Translations under genes and position numbers: made by a program | The notes under the pieces: model-generated | What the model saw: only the letters and a program-made list of their open reading frames with translations | The model's database searches: none | Told to the model about the DNA's origin: nothing | NCBI GenBank assembly: GCA_034113365.1 | Contig: JAXEXP010000039.1 | Location: 13,988-77,987 of the forward strand | Origin: Candidatus Spyradocola sp. | GTDB lineage: Bacteria; Bacillota; Clostridia; Christensenellales; UBA1750 | DNA length: 64,000 nucleotides | Direction of reading: 5' to 3' | In this document: positions 9,422 to 18,519 of the stretch, one piece after another | Layout: each line of letters starts with the position of its first letter | Numbering within the stretch: the first letter of the stretch is position 1

Positions 9422-9799
9422 TTCTGTATCGGAAGCGATTTTCCATCTGCAAATGGTTAGGGAACGGATGGAAAAGAGAATTCATCCATCTTTATTCTTC
9501 CTAACTGACAGAAAATCACTCCTCGGCGGGGTACACGCCCCCGCCTGCGGATTGAAGATGAAGGGGCTGCGGCCCCTTCAGGCATCCCCGGGGAGCACAT
9601 GCCTGTTTTTTGACAGGCTGAGACCACCGGCTTAGCCGGTGGTCTTAGTTCTGTATCGGAAGCGATTTTCCGTAGGCAAAGGTTTCGGGAACGGATGAAG
9701 CAGCGCGTTGATCTGTCTTTATTTGCCCTAACGCACAGAAAATCGCTCCCCGGCGGGGTACACGCCCCGCCTGCGGATTGAAAAGGAAGGGGCTGTGGT
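9422..9799. repeat. Two copies of a ~151-bp structured intergenic repeat, spaced 227 bp apart
   Basis: Copy 1 is 9422-9572 and copy 2 is 9649-9799. Both start TTCTGTATCGGAAGCGATTTTCC. Both contain GGGAACGGATG, CTTTATT, CTAAC..ACAGAAAATC.CTCC.CGGCGGGGTACACGCCCC and GCCTGCGGATTGAA. Each is preceded by a hairpin with the same GGCTTAGCC apex (9385-9425 and 9621-9645). The variable segments keep hairpin potential. Confidence 0.75.
9579..9611 (+). terminator. Hairpin plus T6 inside the repeat region
   Basis: CAGGCAT (9579-9585) pairs with ATGCCTG (9599-9605), followed by TTTTTT (9606-9611). Confidence 0.4.
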
Positions 9800-9815
9800 G
9801 TGCTCAGCCGGGCCT

Positions 9816-12332
9816 CTATTCGATGCTGGTGATCGTCCAATCCGTGCGGTCAGTGTGGTAGGCGATGACCTCGCGGGTCTCGCCCGGCAGCAGGTCGAAG
9901 TAGTTGTCCGAGAACTTGTAGTCGCCGTGGAGGGTCACGTGGTGGGCGAACACGTCGCTGTGCAGCGTCAGGCGCATGTGGCTGCCGGCGGGCTCGCAGG
10001 CAAGAAGCGTGACCCTGGCGGCGGGCAGTATGCGTTTTTTGTGCTCCAGCAGGTACAGCGAGGCGGGCTGGAGGGTGTGGGCGGGGAGCACGACCAGCGC
10101 GCCGCGGGTCCAGTCGCAGTCCGGCAGGGGCTCGCGCAGCACATAGGCGCGGCTGCGGGGCGCGGCGGTCAGGCGGATGTCCCGAAGCTCGCGCACCTTG
10201 CCGTCGAAGGAGACGTAGCCGTACTGCGCGGGGAGGTCGATGGCTTCGGGGCGGTCGTTGCACAGCTGCACCACGACCTCGCCGTCCACGACGCGCAGCG
10301 CGACCTTCTGGGGGAGGAAGGCGCGCTTGACGCCGTAGTAGCCGATCTTGCGGCGCAGGTAGTAGTCCACGATGGTCCAGCCCACTTCGCCCCAGGTGTC
10401 GTTGTACATCCAGAAGATGGCGCCGGCGCAGGTCTCCTTGAAGCGGATGGCTTCCAGGGAATAGCCCAGCAGCAGGCCGTGAACCGCGCCCGCGTAGTAG
10501 AGGTAGTCCTCCAGGGAAAGATCCTCGGCCTTGATGCCGTAGTGCTTTTCGATGCCCGCCAGCACGGTGTGCTTTTCAAAGGCGTTGTTGTGGTGGTTCC
10601 AGATGGCGCTGCCGCGCTCGATGGGCTGACCGTCGAAGTATTCGCGGATGGAATCCAGTGTGCACGGGCCGATGTAGCCGTATTCGCTGACGAACTTGGC
10701 CGTGATCTTGTCGTAGACGAAGGGATCGATGCGGTTCTCCATCTCGGGGCTCATCATCGCCTGACCCCAGTAGTGTACGTCGCCCGCGGTCTGGCCAAAG
10801 GGCAGCGCGCCGCCGTAGGGCGAGCTGTTCCAATAGGGGATCTCCGGGCAGTTGGCGTGGATGACCTCCTTGGCGATGACGTTGGAGGCGTACAGGCCGT
10901 ACTGCTTTTCGCGGGAGTAGTCCAGCCCCCAGCCCTTGCGCTCCCCGTTCTGGAAGAAGATCTCGTGATCCTCGTTGTTGCCGCACCAGATGCCCATGCA
11001 CGGATGGTTGCGCAGGCGCTTGGTCTGATGGTCCATCTCCCTGCGCACCTCCTCCCGGAAGGCCTCGCGATGGTCGGGGTAGGTGGAGCAGGCGAACATG
11101 AAGTCGTGCCACAGCAGGATGCCGTACCGGTCGCACAGCTCGTAGAAGATGTCCCTCTCATACAGGCCGCCGCCCCACACGCGCAGCGCGTTGAAGTTCG
11201 CCTCGACCGCCTCCTGGATGAGGACCTCGTACTTGTGGTCGGACACGCGGGCGTAAATGCTGTCGCCGGGGATCCAGTCGCCGCCCTTGCAGAAAATGGG
11301 CGTGCCGTTGACCACCCAGGTGAACAGGCGCTCCTCGCCCGCCTGCCGCAGCGGGGAGACGTCCAGCGCGACGGTGCGCACGCCGTACCGGAACGGGGGA
11401 TACTCCGTCCTGACGCCCTCGCAGACCGCGCTGACCGCGACGTCGTACAGCGGCTGGTCGCCATAGCCGTTGGGCCACCAGAGCCGGGCGTTGGGCAGCT
11501 CGATCTCAAAGTGGATGTAGTTGCAGCCGCTGGTCAGCAGTTCGCGGCGGAGCTCCTTTGCCGCGCAGATCTGCCCCTCGTAGGACAGGGAGAAGGCAAC
11601 GTCGCAGTCGCGCGTTGCGAACAGGTCGAGGTTTTCGATGTTGAGCGTGACGTCCAGCACGGCGGGCTTGCCCAGGGACTTTACCGCGACCTTGACCTCG
11701 CGAATCGCGGCGTTTTCGTAGCAGTAGAGCGCGGCGTCCCCCGTGATGCCGCAGGTCACGACCTTTGGGCCCCAGTCCCAGCCGATGGTGTACTGCGCGC
11801 GGCGCACGAAGGCGCGGCGGTAGTCGCCGCGGCCGGGGCAGCGCTCGCTCTCGTGGCAGACCGCCCAGTTCAGCTCCGCAAGATCCTCGTCTTTGACGGT
11901 CTCCAGACCCGTCGTCACGCGCACGGCCAGCTCGTTTTCGCCCTTGAGAAGGTAGGGCTTGACGTCCCGCACAAAGGGGCGATGCACGCTGCGGTGGCTG
12001 CCGATGTGCACGCCGTTGAGGTAGACCTCGCCGTGGGCGTCGATGCCATTGATGCGCAGCTCCATGGCCTCGTACGCTGCCGTGTCCCCGTCAAACACAA
12101 AGGTCTTGCGGTACCACCAGGCGTACCGCTCGATCCACTCGCTCTCAAAGCAGTAGTCCGCCAGCACCGGGTCGCGAATGACGCCGTTTTCGATCAGGGG
12201 CATGCGCACGTCCGCGGGCAGCGCGCAGTCGTATACCTCCCGGCTTGCGTCGCCGATGCGCATGGCTTCCGCGCAGCCGCAGTTCATGGGCGCTTTGCGC
12301 AGCGTCCAGCCTTGATTCAGATCCAGCTTCAT
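9816..12332 (-). CDS. GH2 beta-mannosidase
   Basis: 838-aa ORF, MKLDLNQGWTL... It has the GH2 acid/base region IWCGNNEDHE and the nucleophile region KFVSEYGYIGP. Length and domain order fit exo-beta-mannosidases. Confidence 0.85.
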   Translation of the reverse strand: MKLDLNQGWTLRKAPMNCGCAEAMRIGDASREVYDCALPADVRMPLIENGVIRDPVLADYCFESEWIERYAWWYRKTFVFDGDTAAYEAMELRINGIDAHGEVYLNGVHIGSHRSVHRPFVRDVKPYLLKGENELAVRVTTGLETVKDEDLAELNWAVCHESERCPGRGDYRRAFVRRAQYTIGWDWGPKVVTCGITGDAALYCYENAAIREVKVAVKSLGKPAVLDVTLNIENLDLFATRDCDVAFSLSYEGQICAAKELRRELLTSGCNYIHFEIELPNARLWWPNGYGDQPLYDVAVSAVCEGVRTEYPPFRYGVRTVALDVSPLRQAGEERLFTWVVNGTPIFCKGGDWIPGDSIYARVSDHKYEVLIQEAVEANFNALRVWGGGLYERDIFYELCDRYGILLWHDFMFACSTYPDHREAFREEVRREMDHQTKRLRNHPCMGIWCGNNEDHEIFFQNGERKGWGLDYSREKQYGLYASNVIAKEVIHANCPEIPYWNSSPYGGALPFGQTAGDVHYWGQAMMSPEMENRIDPFVYDKITAKFVSEYGYIGPCTLDSIREYFDGQPIERGSAIWNHHNNAFEKHTVLAGIEKHYGIKAEDLSLEDYLYYAGAVHGLLLGYSLEAIRFKETCAGAIFWMYNDTWGEVGWTIVDYYLRRKIGYYGVKRAFLPQKVALRVVDGEVVVQLCNDRPEAIDLPAQYGYVSFDGKVRELRDIRLTAAPRSRAYVLREPLPDCDWTRGALVVLPAHTLQPASLYLLEHKKRILPAARVTLLACEPAGSHMRLTLHSDVFAHHVTLHGDYKFSDNYFDLLPGETREVIAYHTDRTDWTITSIE

Positions 12333-12377
12333 GGGATCAGCCCTCCCCGTTTTTTTTGTTCTATGTGAGGCAAGTGC

Positions 12378-14246
12378 TCAGCGCGTGGCTCTCACCAGGG
12401 TCATCTGCACGGCCTGAACATTCCCGGGAAGCGGCAGCTCTATGCCGTCGGCGTCGATTTGTGCGGCGCTGAGCAGGGTTCCGTCCTCCAGACGATAGTC
12501 GGCCGCGCGGTTCAGCTGCGGATACACGGTCATGCTCTTTTGACGCAGCCTGTTCGTGCAGACGAGCAGCACCACTTTGTCAAAATCCATGTCGGAATAC
12601 TCGAGCACGAGCACGGACTCCGTATCGGCAAGGATCCGGCAGACGGCGTTTTTCCAGAATTCCCTGTCCTTTTTGAACTGCGCGACGAACACCTTCAGGC
12701 GGGAGATGACCGTCTCCGACAGGCTGTTCAGATCGCAGCTGAAGCCCATCGGGCCGCCCGTAAGGAAGCCCTCCAGATAGGACGGCTCGATGCCCCGCAC
12801 CTCGCCCCACGTCGCGTCATTGGACGCAAAGAGCCGTTCCCTGCCCGATTCGCCGTAGCTGTGCTTAAAATCGCACACGGACTCGATCACCGCCCACTTG
12901 TCGATCCATTGCGGCGGCATCCGAAGCAGCGCGTCCTTGAAGATGCGCATGCCTTCGTAGGGGCTGTGGTTGTCGCTGATCCAGATGCTGTCGAAGCTCA
13001 GGCCGGACGCAAGAGACAAACGCAGACCGCCCGATGCGCAGTTTTCCATGTGCAGATCGGGATAGAGCGTCCGAAGCTCCTGGATGAAGCGGTCATAGCC
13101 CCTGAAATAGTCGAGATATGCGCTCCGGCGGCTGTCCCACCGCAGATCCTGATTGAAGTCGAATTTGATAAAGCGGACGTGGTACCGCTCGATCAGGCCG
13201 GTCACGGTCTTGAGCAGGTATTGACAGGCCTCTTCGTTTGCAAAGTCAAAGAAATACAGCGTCTGCCCGCGGGAATCGTAGGTGAAGTAGTAATCTGCGT
13301 GGTCGCGCAGCATTCTGGACGCAGGCCCGGCGGTTTCGATCTCGAGCCAGAGGCCGAACTTCATGCCGTTATCTCTTACCAGCTTGGACAGCTCCGACAT
13401 TCTGCCGCGGAAGGCTTCCGTCTCGTTCTCGTACCAGTCGCCGCGGCAGTCCCAGAAATTTCCCTGACCGAACCACGCGGCGTCAATGACAAAGTATTCC
13501 ACACCGAGCGCCTTTGCCGTCGGGATCTGCGCGGAAACGTTGTCAAAATCGATCTTCTCGAATTTGTACATCCAGGTGTTATATAGGACGGGCAGCTCCG
13601 CGCGGGGGAAATTGCGATTGAGGTAGTGATGCAGCTTGTAGCAGTCCATGTCGAGCTTGCTGCGGAATTCGTAGTACAGGATCTCCGGAAGCTCCAGCGA
13701 CGCTCCGGCCGCCAGTTCCAGCGAAAGATTCCAGCTGTTCAGGCCGGCTTCGATCTCCACGACGTTCGCTTCGCCGCCGCTGGGGACGCATTTCACCTCG
13801 TACTTCCACGGCAGCTTTGTCACGATGTGGAATGCGACGCCGCGGCCGGTCTGCTGGTTCCACAGCGCGAAGAACGGCGCGCCGCCATAGGCGCTTCGCA
13901 GGCCTTCGGTCTCTGCGGACACCGCGCTCACGAGGGGCTGCCACGCCCCCCTGCATTCGTTCTGCCAGGTGTTCAGCTGGGTGTAGACCTCGTATTCTCC
14001 GTCCTCCAGACGGAACTTCGACAGGAGGCAGTTGAGCGTGATGGGAAAGGGCGATGTGTTTTGAATCCTGTCCTTGCGCGAGACAACGCCGTTTTCGTAC
14101 TGCGTGTATTCGGAACGAACGCTGCATTCCCTGCCGCTTATGCAAACCGTCTCCGAATCCCATTCGACCGCCCCCGCAAGTACGCCAAAGCTCCCGGATA
14201 TTTTCCAGAAGTCTTCGGCCCGCGTGCTTTGAAATGATTTGCGCAT
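12378..14246 (-). CDS. GH36 alpha-galactosidase
   Basis: Contains YFVIDAAWFG, RFIKFDFNQD and MENCASGGLRLS, which are GH36 catalytic-region motifs. I prefer the ATG at 14246 (MRKSFQ, AGGAG upstream) over 14270, which has no spacer after its purine run. The start is uncertain by 8 codons. Confidence 0.85.
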   Translation of the reverse strand: MRKSFQSTRAEDFWKISGSFGVLAGAVEWDSETVCISGRECSVRSEYTQYENGVVSRKDRIQNTSPFPITLNCLLSKFRLEDGEYEVYTQLNTWQNECRGAWQPLVSAVSAETEGLRSAYGGAPFFALWNQQTGRGVAFHIVTKLPWKYEVKCVPSGGEANVVEIEAGLNSWNLSLELAAGASLELPEILYYEFRSKLDMDCYKLHHYLNRNFPRAELPVLYNTWMYKFEKIDFDNVSAQIPTAKALGVEYFVIDAAWFGQGNFWDCRGDWYENETEAFRGRMSELSKLVRDNGMKFGLWLEIETAGPASRMLRDHADYYFTYDSRGQTLYFFDFANEEACQYLLKTVTGLIERYHVRFIKFDFNQDLRWDSRRSAYLDYFRGYDRFIQELRTLYPDLHMENCASGGLRLSLASGLSFDSIWISDNHSPYEGMRIFKDALLRMPPQWIDKWAVIESVCDFKHSYGESGRERLFASNDATWGEVRGIEPSYLEGFLTGGPMGFSCDLNSLSETVISRLKVFVAQFKKDREFWKNAVCRILADTESVLVLEYSDMDFDKVVLLVCTNRLRQKSMTVYPQLNRAADYRLEDGTLLSAAQIDADGIELPLPGNVQAVQMTLVRATR

Positions 14247-14284
14247 AATACATGCATCTCCTGTTTCCATCCTTCGGTTGAATC

Positions 14285-14313
14285 ATTATAACATATAGCG
14301 TTCACCCCGTCAA
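14285..14313 (-). promoter_or_regulatory. Sigma-A-type promoter for the GH36/GH2 transcription unit
   Basis: On the reverse strand: TTGACG (complement of 14308-14313), exactly 17 nt, then TATAAT (complement of 14285-14290). It lies about 35 nt upstream of the GH36 start. Confidence 0.6.
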
Positions 14314-14502
14314 AACGGTTCCGGCAAACTGGTCGCATTGGAACATACAGGTGCTCTAGCCTCAAACAGAGCGGTTGACGGCGCATCCCCGGCTGCGGCG
14401 GGGTGCCGGAATCCATGCGCACGCGCGCGCGGCGGCCTGCTTTTTGGTTTTTACGGGTATGATCGCGCGCGGGGCGGGCAAACTGCAAACGAGGTGATTT
14501 TT

Positions 14503-14763
14503 ATGGCCAAGCAAGGCATGGCAAGACCCGACCGCACGCACACCCGGCCGAAAAACGAGCGGCCGCCCGTCCCGGAGCTGCAGGGCAAGGCGAAGAACAG
14601 CAGCCAGCCCGCACCGCCCGTCGTGAGCGGGACCTCGGGGCCCAGCCAGAAGGTGCTCCATGCGGAAAGACCCATCGCAAAGGCGTATCCCGAAATCGAC
14701 AACGACCTTGCGCGGGACAACCTGGAGAACGACCTGCCCGACGCCGAGCTGCAGGATCTCTGA
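14503..14763 (+). CDS. Small hydrophilic hypothetical protein (86 aa)
   Basis: Internal ATG at 14503 with GAGGTG 7 nt upstream: MAKQGMARPDRTHTRPKNERPPVPELQGKAKNSSQ...DNDLARDNLENDLPDAELQDL. Low-complexity and charged. I recognise no family. Confidence 0.45.
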   Translation: MAKQGMARPDRTHTRPKNERPPVPELQGKAKNSSQPAPPVVSGTSGPSQKVLHAERPIAKAYPEIDNDLARDNLENDLPDAELQDL

Positions 14764-14813
14764 ATTTGACACACGACGCCGCATCCGGGCATACGTTGGA
14801 GAGAGGTGATCTT

Positions 14814-15260
14814 ATGAAGCGATGCTCCAGCCGCCCGGATGCGGTGGCTTATATACGCGGCGGGGCGGACGCGCCCGGCATGATGGGTCAGGTCCGGTTT
14901 TATCAGGAGCCGCACAGCGTGCTGGTGGTGGCCGACGTCGCCGGACTTCCGCAGGACAATGCGGCCGGGTTCTTCGGCTTCCACATCCACGAAGGCACGG
15001 CCTGCACCGGCGCGGGCTTTGCGGATACGGGCGGCCACTACAACCCCGGAAACGCCGGGCATCCCGACCACGCCGGAGACCTGCCTCCGCTGATGCCGCA
15101 GCAGGGCCGCGCGCATCTGGCGGTGCGGACGGACCGCTTCCGGGTGCAGGACGTACTGGGGCGCACCGTGGTCATCCACGGCCACCCGGACGATTTTCAC
15201 ACGCAGCCTGCCGGAGACTCGGGGACCCGGATCGCCTGCGGCGTGATCGGCAGAAGATAG
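14814..15260 (+). CDS. sodC: Cu/Zn superoxide dismutase family protein (no signal peptide seen)
   Basis: Starts at MKRCSS (GAGAGGTG upstream). The metal-ligand pattern is intact: FHIHEG, GGHYNP, HPDHAGDLP and VIHGHPDD. Confidence 0.8.
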   Translation: MKRCSSRPDAVAYIRGGADAPGMMGQVRFYQEPHSVLVVADVAGLPQDNAAGFFGFHIHEGTACTGAGFADTGGHYNPGNAGHPDHAGDLPPLMPQQGRAHLAVRTDRFRVQDVLGRTVVIHGHPDDFHTQPAGDSGTRIACGVIGRR

Positions 15261-15492
15261 GTTTTACAGGGTCGTTCCATCGTGCGGAAGCGCTCCGATC
15301 AAGGGCGCTTTCGCTTTTTTGCGCCCGAAAACCGGGCGTTCCGTCGCAGGATCTGGCAGGACGGACCCGTATCTGTATGCAGAAATGCTGTTGGTGAGCT
15401 GGCGCGAAACGGCGGGAAAAGCGTGCTATCATGGAGTTGGAAGAAAAATGCCGTCCGGGGGGAACGGGCGGCAGAATGGGAGGGAAGAGCGG

Positions 15493-16833
15493 ATGACGAA
15501 CAAGGCCGGAACGCTCTGCAGAGGGGTTTGCCTGCTGCTGATCGTGATGCTGCTTTCGGCGGCGGGCTGCGCGCGGCAGGGGGCGCCGGAGCAGAGCCCA
15601 TCGGCTTTGCAGACGAATGAAGCCGCGGCGGACGGTGAAGCCGGGCTGGTGGTGCTCTCTGCAGATGAGGACTTAATGTCCGCCTATGCGAAAGCTGCTT
15701 ACGAACAATATGGCGTACAGGTGAGATTAACCGAGTGGAGCAACGAAGCGGATGAGCAGATGCTGTTGGATTTTGCCGCGGGAAAGGCGACCTTCGACGT
15801 CGTCTGTGTCAGCAACGCGCTGGGGTTCCTATACACCTCGGATGGATTGATTGACCGAGGATATTTTTCGCCCCTCAGCGGCGTCGCGCAGGTGGAGGAA
15901 AGCGTCTCGCACATGCTGCCCGTGCTGCAGGACTGCGTCACGCGGGATGGCATCATCTACGCGCTGCCCTACATCGCGCGCACCAAGGTTTTAAGATACG
16001 ATCACGAGCTTTACGATGCAAAGGCGGACGAAGACACCGCCCGCTACCGCGCCCGCACCGGGCAGACCGTCACCACAAGCTGGCTGCAACAGATTCCGGA
16101 CCAGCAGGCGTATGAAACCTGGGAGGAACTGCTGAATACTGCAATGCTGAAATACGGATGGGGCGATGCGGCAAGCAACGCCATACTGGAGCAATACATA
16201 CTTTCTGCGGATGCAGAAGACTTCTCATTCGACACCGAATCATTCCGGGACGCGCTTGCGCTGATGAAAACGGCAGACACCATGAAAGGCCCGACCACTG
16301 CCGCGCCCGCAAAAATTGACATCAACAGCTTCGCTTATTATACGGAGGATTGGTTCAGCGAGGGTGCCAACAGAGAAATAGTGATGGAGTGTGACAATGT
16401 CTACGCTCCGCCGACCATCGACGCGCAGGATAGGCTGGCCATGGCGTACAGCGTACTCGCAATCAACGCGTTCTCAGCGAAGCAGGAAGAAGCGCTCCGG
16501 TTCCTAGAATGTGCGGCAGACATTGGTTTGAACGGAGATGGAACGGAAGAGGGCGAGGAACTCGGGGCCATCCTGCAATACGGCTCGCCGGACACAGCCG
16601 CCTGCTACACGGACGAGGCGCACATCCGAACCATCGCGGGCAACGACCCGGAAAACCAGCAGCGCTGGCGGGAGCTGACGCAGCGCCTCGCGCCCATCAC
16701 CAACACCGGGTACCTGACGGCATTCTACCTGGAGATTTACCCGATGTACCGGGATGGGGCCATCACGGCGGAGCAGTGCGCGCGCATGACGCAGGAGCGC
16801 TACGAGATGTACAAAGCGGAACAGGGGAAATGA
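15493..16833 (+). CDS. ABC transporter extracellular solute-binding lipoprotein (divergent, sugar-type)
   Basis: Internal ATG at 15493 (GGGAGGGAAG upstream). Lipoprotein signal peptide LLIVMLLSAAGC. About 446 aa. It sits immediately upstream of two MalF/MalG-type permeases. Confidence 0.75.
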   Translation: MTNKAGTLCRGVCLLLIVMLLSAAGCARQGAPEQSPSALQTNEAAADGEAGLVVLSADEDLMSAYAKAAYEQYGVQVRLTEWSNEADEQMLLDFAAGKATFDVVCVSNALGFLYTSDGLIDRGYFSPLSGVAQVEESVSHMLPVLQDCVTRDGIIYALPYIARTKVLRYDHELYDAKADEDTARYRARTGQTVTTSWLQQIPDQQAYETWEELLNTAMLKYGWGDAASNAILEQYILSADAEDFSFDTESFRDALALMKTADTMKGPTTAAPAKIDINSFAYYTEDWFSEGANREIVMECDNVYAPPTIDAQDRLAMAYSVLAINAFSAKQEEALRFLECAADIGLNGDGTEEGEELGAILQYGSPDTAACYTDEAHIRTIAGNDPENQQRWRELTQRLAPITNTGYLTAFYLEIYPMYRDGAITAEQCARMTQERYEMYKAEQGK

Positions 16834-16837
16834 TGCG

Positions 16838-17677
16838 ATGAAGGGGAAGCGGGCAAGTGCAGCTCTGCTGCTCGCGCCGAGCCTGACCGGGGTGCTGGCG
16901 CTTTATGTGGTGCCGCTGCTGTGGGGCGGCGCATTCGCGGTCTGGTCGCCCGCGCAGGGGTTTTTGGGCGCGCAGGCGCTGGCGGACACGATGGGCAACG
17001 CCATGTTCCGGCAGGGGCTGGGCAATACGCTGCTGCTGCTCGTGACCGCCGTGCCGCTGACGCTTCTGCTCGCGCTGCTCCTGAGCTTTGCGGTGGTTTT
17101 CCTGCGCTCGGCGTCGGGCTGGGTGCAGAGCCTGCTCTTTTTGCCCTACGTCGTGCCCACCGTCGCGGTGATCTTCGTGTTCCGCTGGGCGTTCGACTAC
17201 AACGGCGTGGTCAACCGGCTGCTGGGCGCATTTGGCGTCGGGCGGGTGATCTGGCTCAGCGGCGCGCAGCTGCAGGCGGTGATCCTGGCACTGTTCGTCT
17301 GGAAGAACGCGGGGTTTTTCGTGGTGCTGCTCAGCGCGCGGCTGTCGGGTACGCCGCGGGAGCTCGTGGAGGCGGCGCAGCTGGACGGCGCGGGGCGGTG
17401 GCGCTGCATACGGCACATTTATCTTCCGCAGCTGCGCCCGACGCTGGTGTTTTCCACGGTGCTGTGCTCGGTGCAGGCGCTGGACATCTTCCGCGAGTGC
17501 TATCTGCTGGCGGGCAGCTATCCGGCGCGCGAGGTGTACACGCTGCAGCACTATCTGTACAACTGCTTTCATCGGGGCGATTACGCCAGCGCGGCGTCGG
17601 CGCTCTATGCGCTGCTGCCCGTCATCGCCGCCCTGGTGTGGCTGCTGCTGAGGGGGGATGCGCGTGAAAGGGCATAG
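16838..17677 (+). CDS. ABC transporter permease (MalF/BPD_transp_1 type)
   Basis: 279-aa multi-pass membrane ORF with the EAA-loop-like ELVEAAQLDGAGRWRCIRHIYLPQLRP. Confidence 0.85.
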   Translation: MKGKRASAALLLAPSLTGVLALYVVPLLWGGAFAVWSPAQGFLGAQALADTMGNAMFRQGLGNTLLLLVTAVPLTLLLALLLSFAVVFLRSASGWVQSLLFLPYVVPTVAVIFVFRWAFDYNGVVNRLLGAFGVGRVIWLSGAQLQAVILALFVWKNAGFFVVLLSARLSGTPRELVEAAQLDGAGRWRCIRHIYLPQLRPTLVFSTVLCSVQALDIFRECYLLAGSYPAREVYTLQHYLYNCFHRGDYASAASALYALLPVIAALVWLLLRGDARERA

Positions 17678-18509
17678 AAGGGCGCTGGAGGCTGCGGCCG
17701 CCGTGCTGCTCGCGCTGCCCTTCCTGCTGCCGCTGCTGGTCCTGCTGAGCCACTCCTTTCTGAGCGGCTGGGAGCTGCGGCAGCTGATGGCCGGGATGGG
17801 CAGCTTCGCGCAAGAGTGCTTTCTGCCGCTGCACATCCCGCCGATGGAGGTCAGCCTGCACCAGTACCGCGCGCTGCTGCTGGAGCGGCCGGAGATCCTG
17901 CGCACGCTGCTCAACGCCGCAGGGTACGCGGCCGCGACGCTTATAGGCATGCTGCTGGTCGCGCCGTCTGCGGCGTTTGTGTTCGCGAAGCTGCGCTTCC
18001 GGGGGCGGGACGCGCTGTTTCTGGGCTATGTGGTGCTGCTTCTGCTGCCCTTTCAGGTGATGTGCGTGCCGCAAACCCTGACGATGGACGCGCTGGGGCT
18101 GATGGATTCGCCGCTGGCGCTGATCCTGCCCGAGGTGTTCTCGCCGCTGTACGTGTTCCTGCTGCGGCAGTTCCTGCGCAGCATCCCCGACAGCCTGCTG
18201 GAGGCCGCGGCGCTGGACGGCGCGGGGCTCGTGCGCACCTACGCGTCCATCGTGCTGCCCGTGAGCGCGCCCGCGCTGTGCGTCTGCGGCATGCTGTGCG
18301 CCGCAAAGTGCTGGGGCATGATCGAGCAGCCGCTGCTGTTTCTGGACACCCGGGCGCTGTTTCCGCTGTCGCTGTACATCAACGAGATGCTGACCGCCGG
18401 GCAGCCGGAGTTTCTGTCGGCCTGCGTGCTGGCGGTGACGCCGGTGCTGCTGGCGTTCCTGTTACTTAATGACGACATCATGCAGGGCATCACCCAAATG
18501 GAGCTGTGA
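17658..18509 (+). CDS. ABC transporter permease (MalG type)
   Basis: 283-aa membrane ORF with the EAA loop LLEAAALDGAGLVRTYASIVLPVSAP. It overlaps the previous gene by 20 nt. Confidence 0.85.
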   Translation: MRVKGHRRALEAAAAVLLALPFLLPLLVLLSHSFLSGWELRQLMAGMGSFAQECFLPLHIPPMEVSLHQYRALLLERPEILRTLLNAAGYAAATLIGMLLVAPSAAFVFAKLRFRGRDALFLGYVVLLLLPFQVMCVPQTLTMDALGLMDSPLALILPEVFSPLYVFLLRQFLRSIPDSLLEAAALDGAGLVRTYASIVLPVSAPALCVCGMLCAAKCWGMIEQPLLFLDTRALFPLSLYINEMLTAGQPEFLSACVLAVTPVLLAFLLLNDDIMQGITQMEL

Positions 18510-18519
18510 GGTGAAGCGT

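Noticed and set aside
9795-12368. 857-aa plus-strand ORF
   Set aside because: It is antisense to the GH2 beta-mannosidase. The composition is Ala/Val/Gly/Asp-rich with no motifs. It is a GC-driven shadow ORF.
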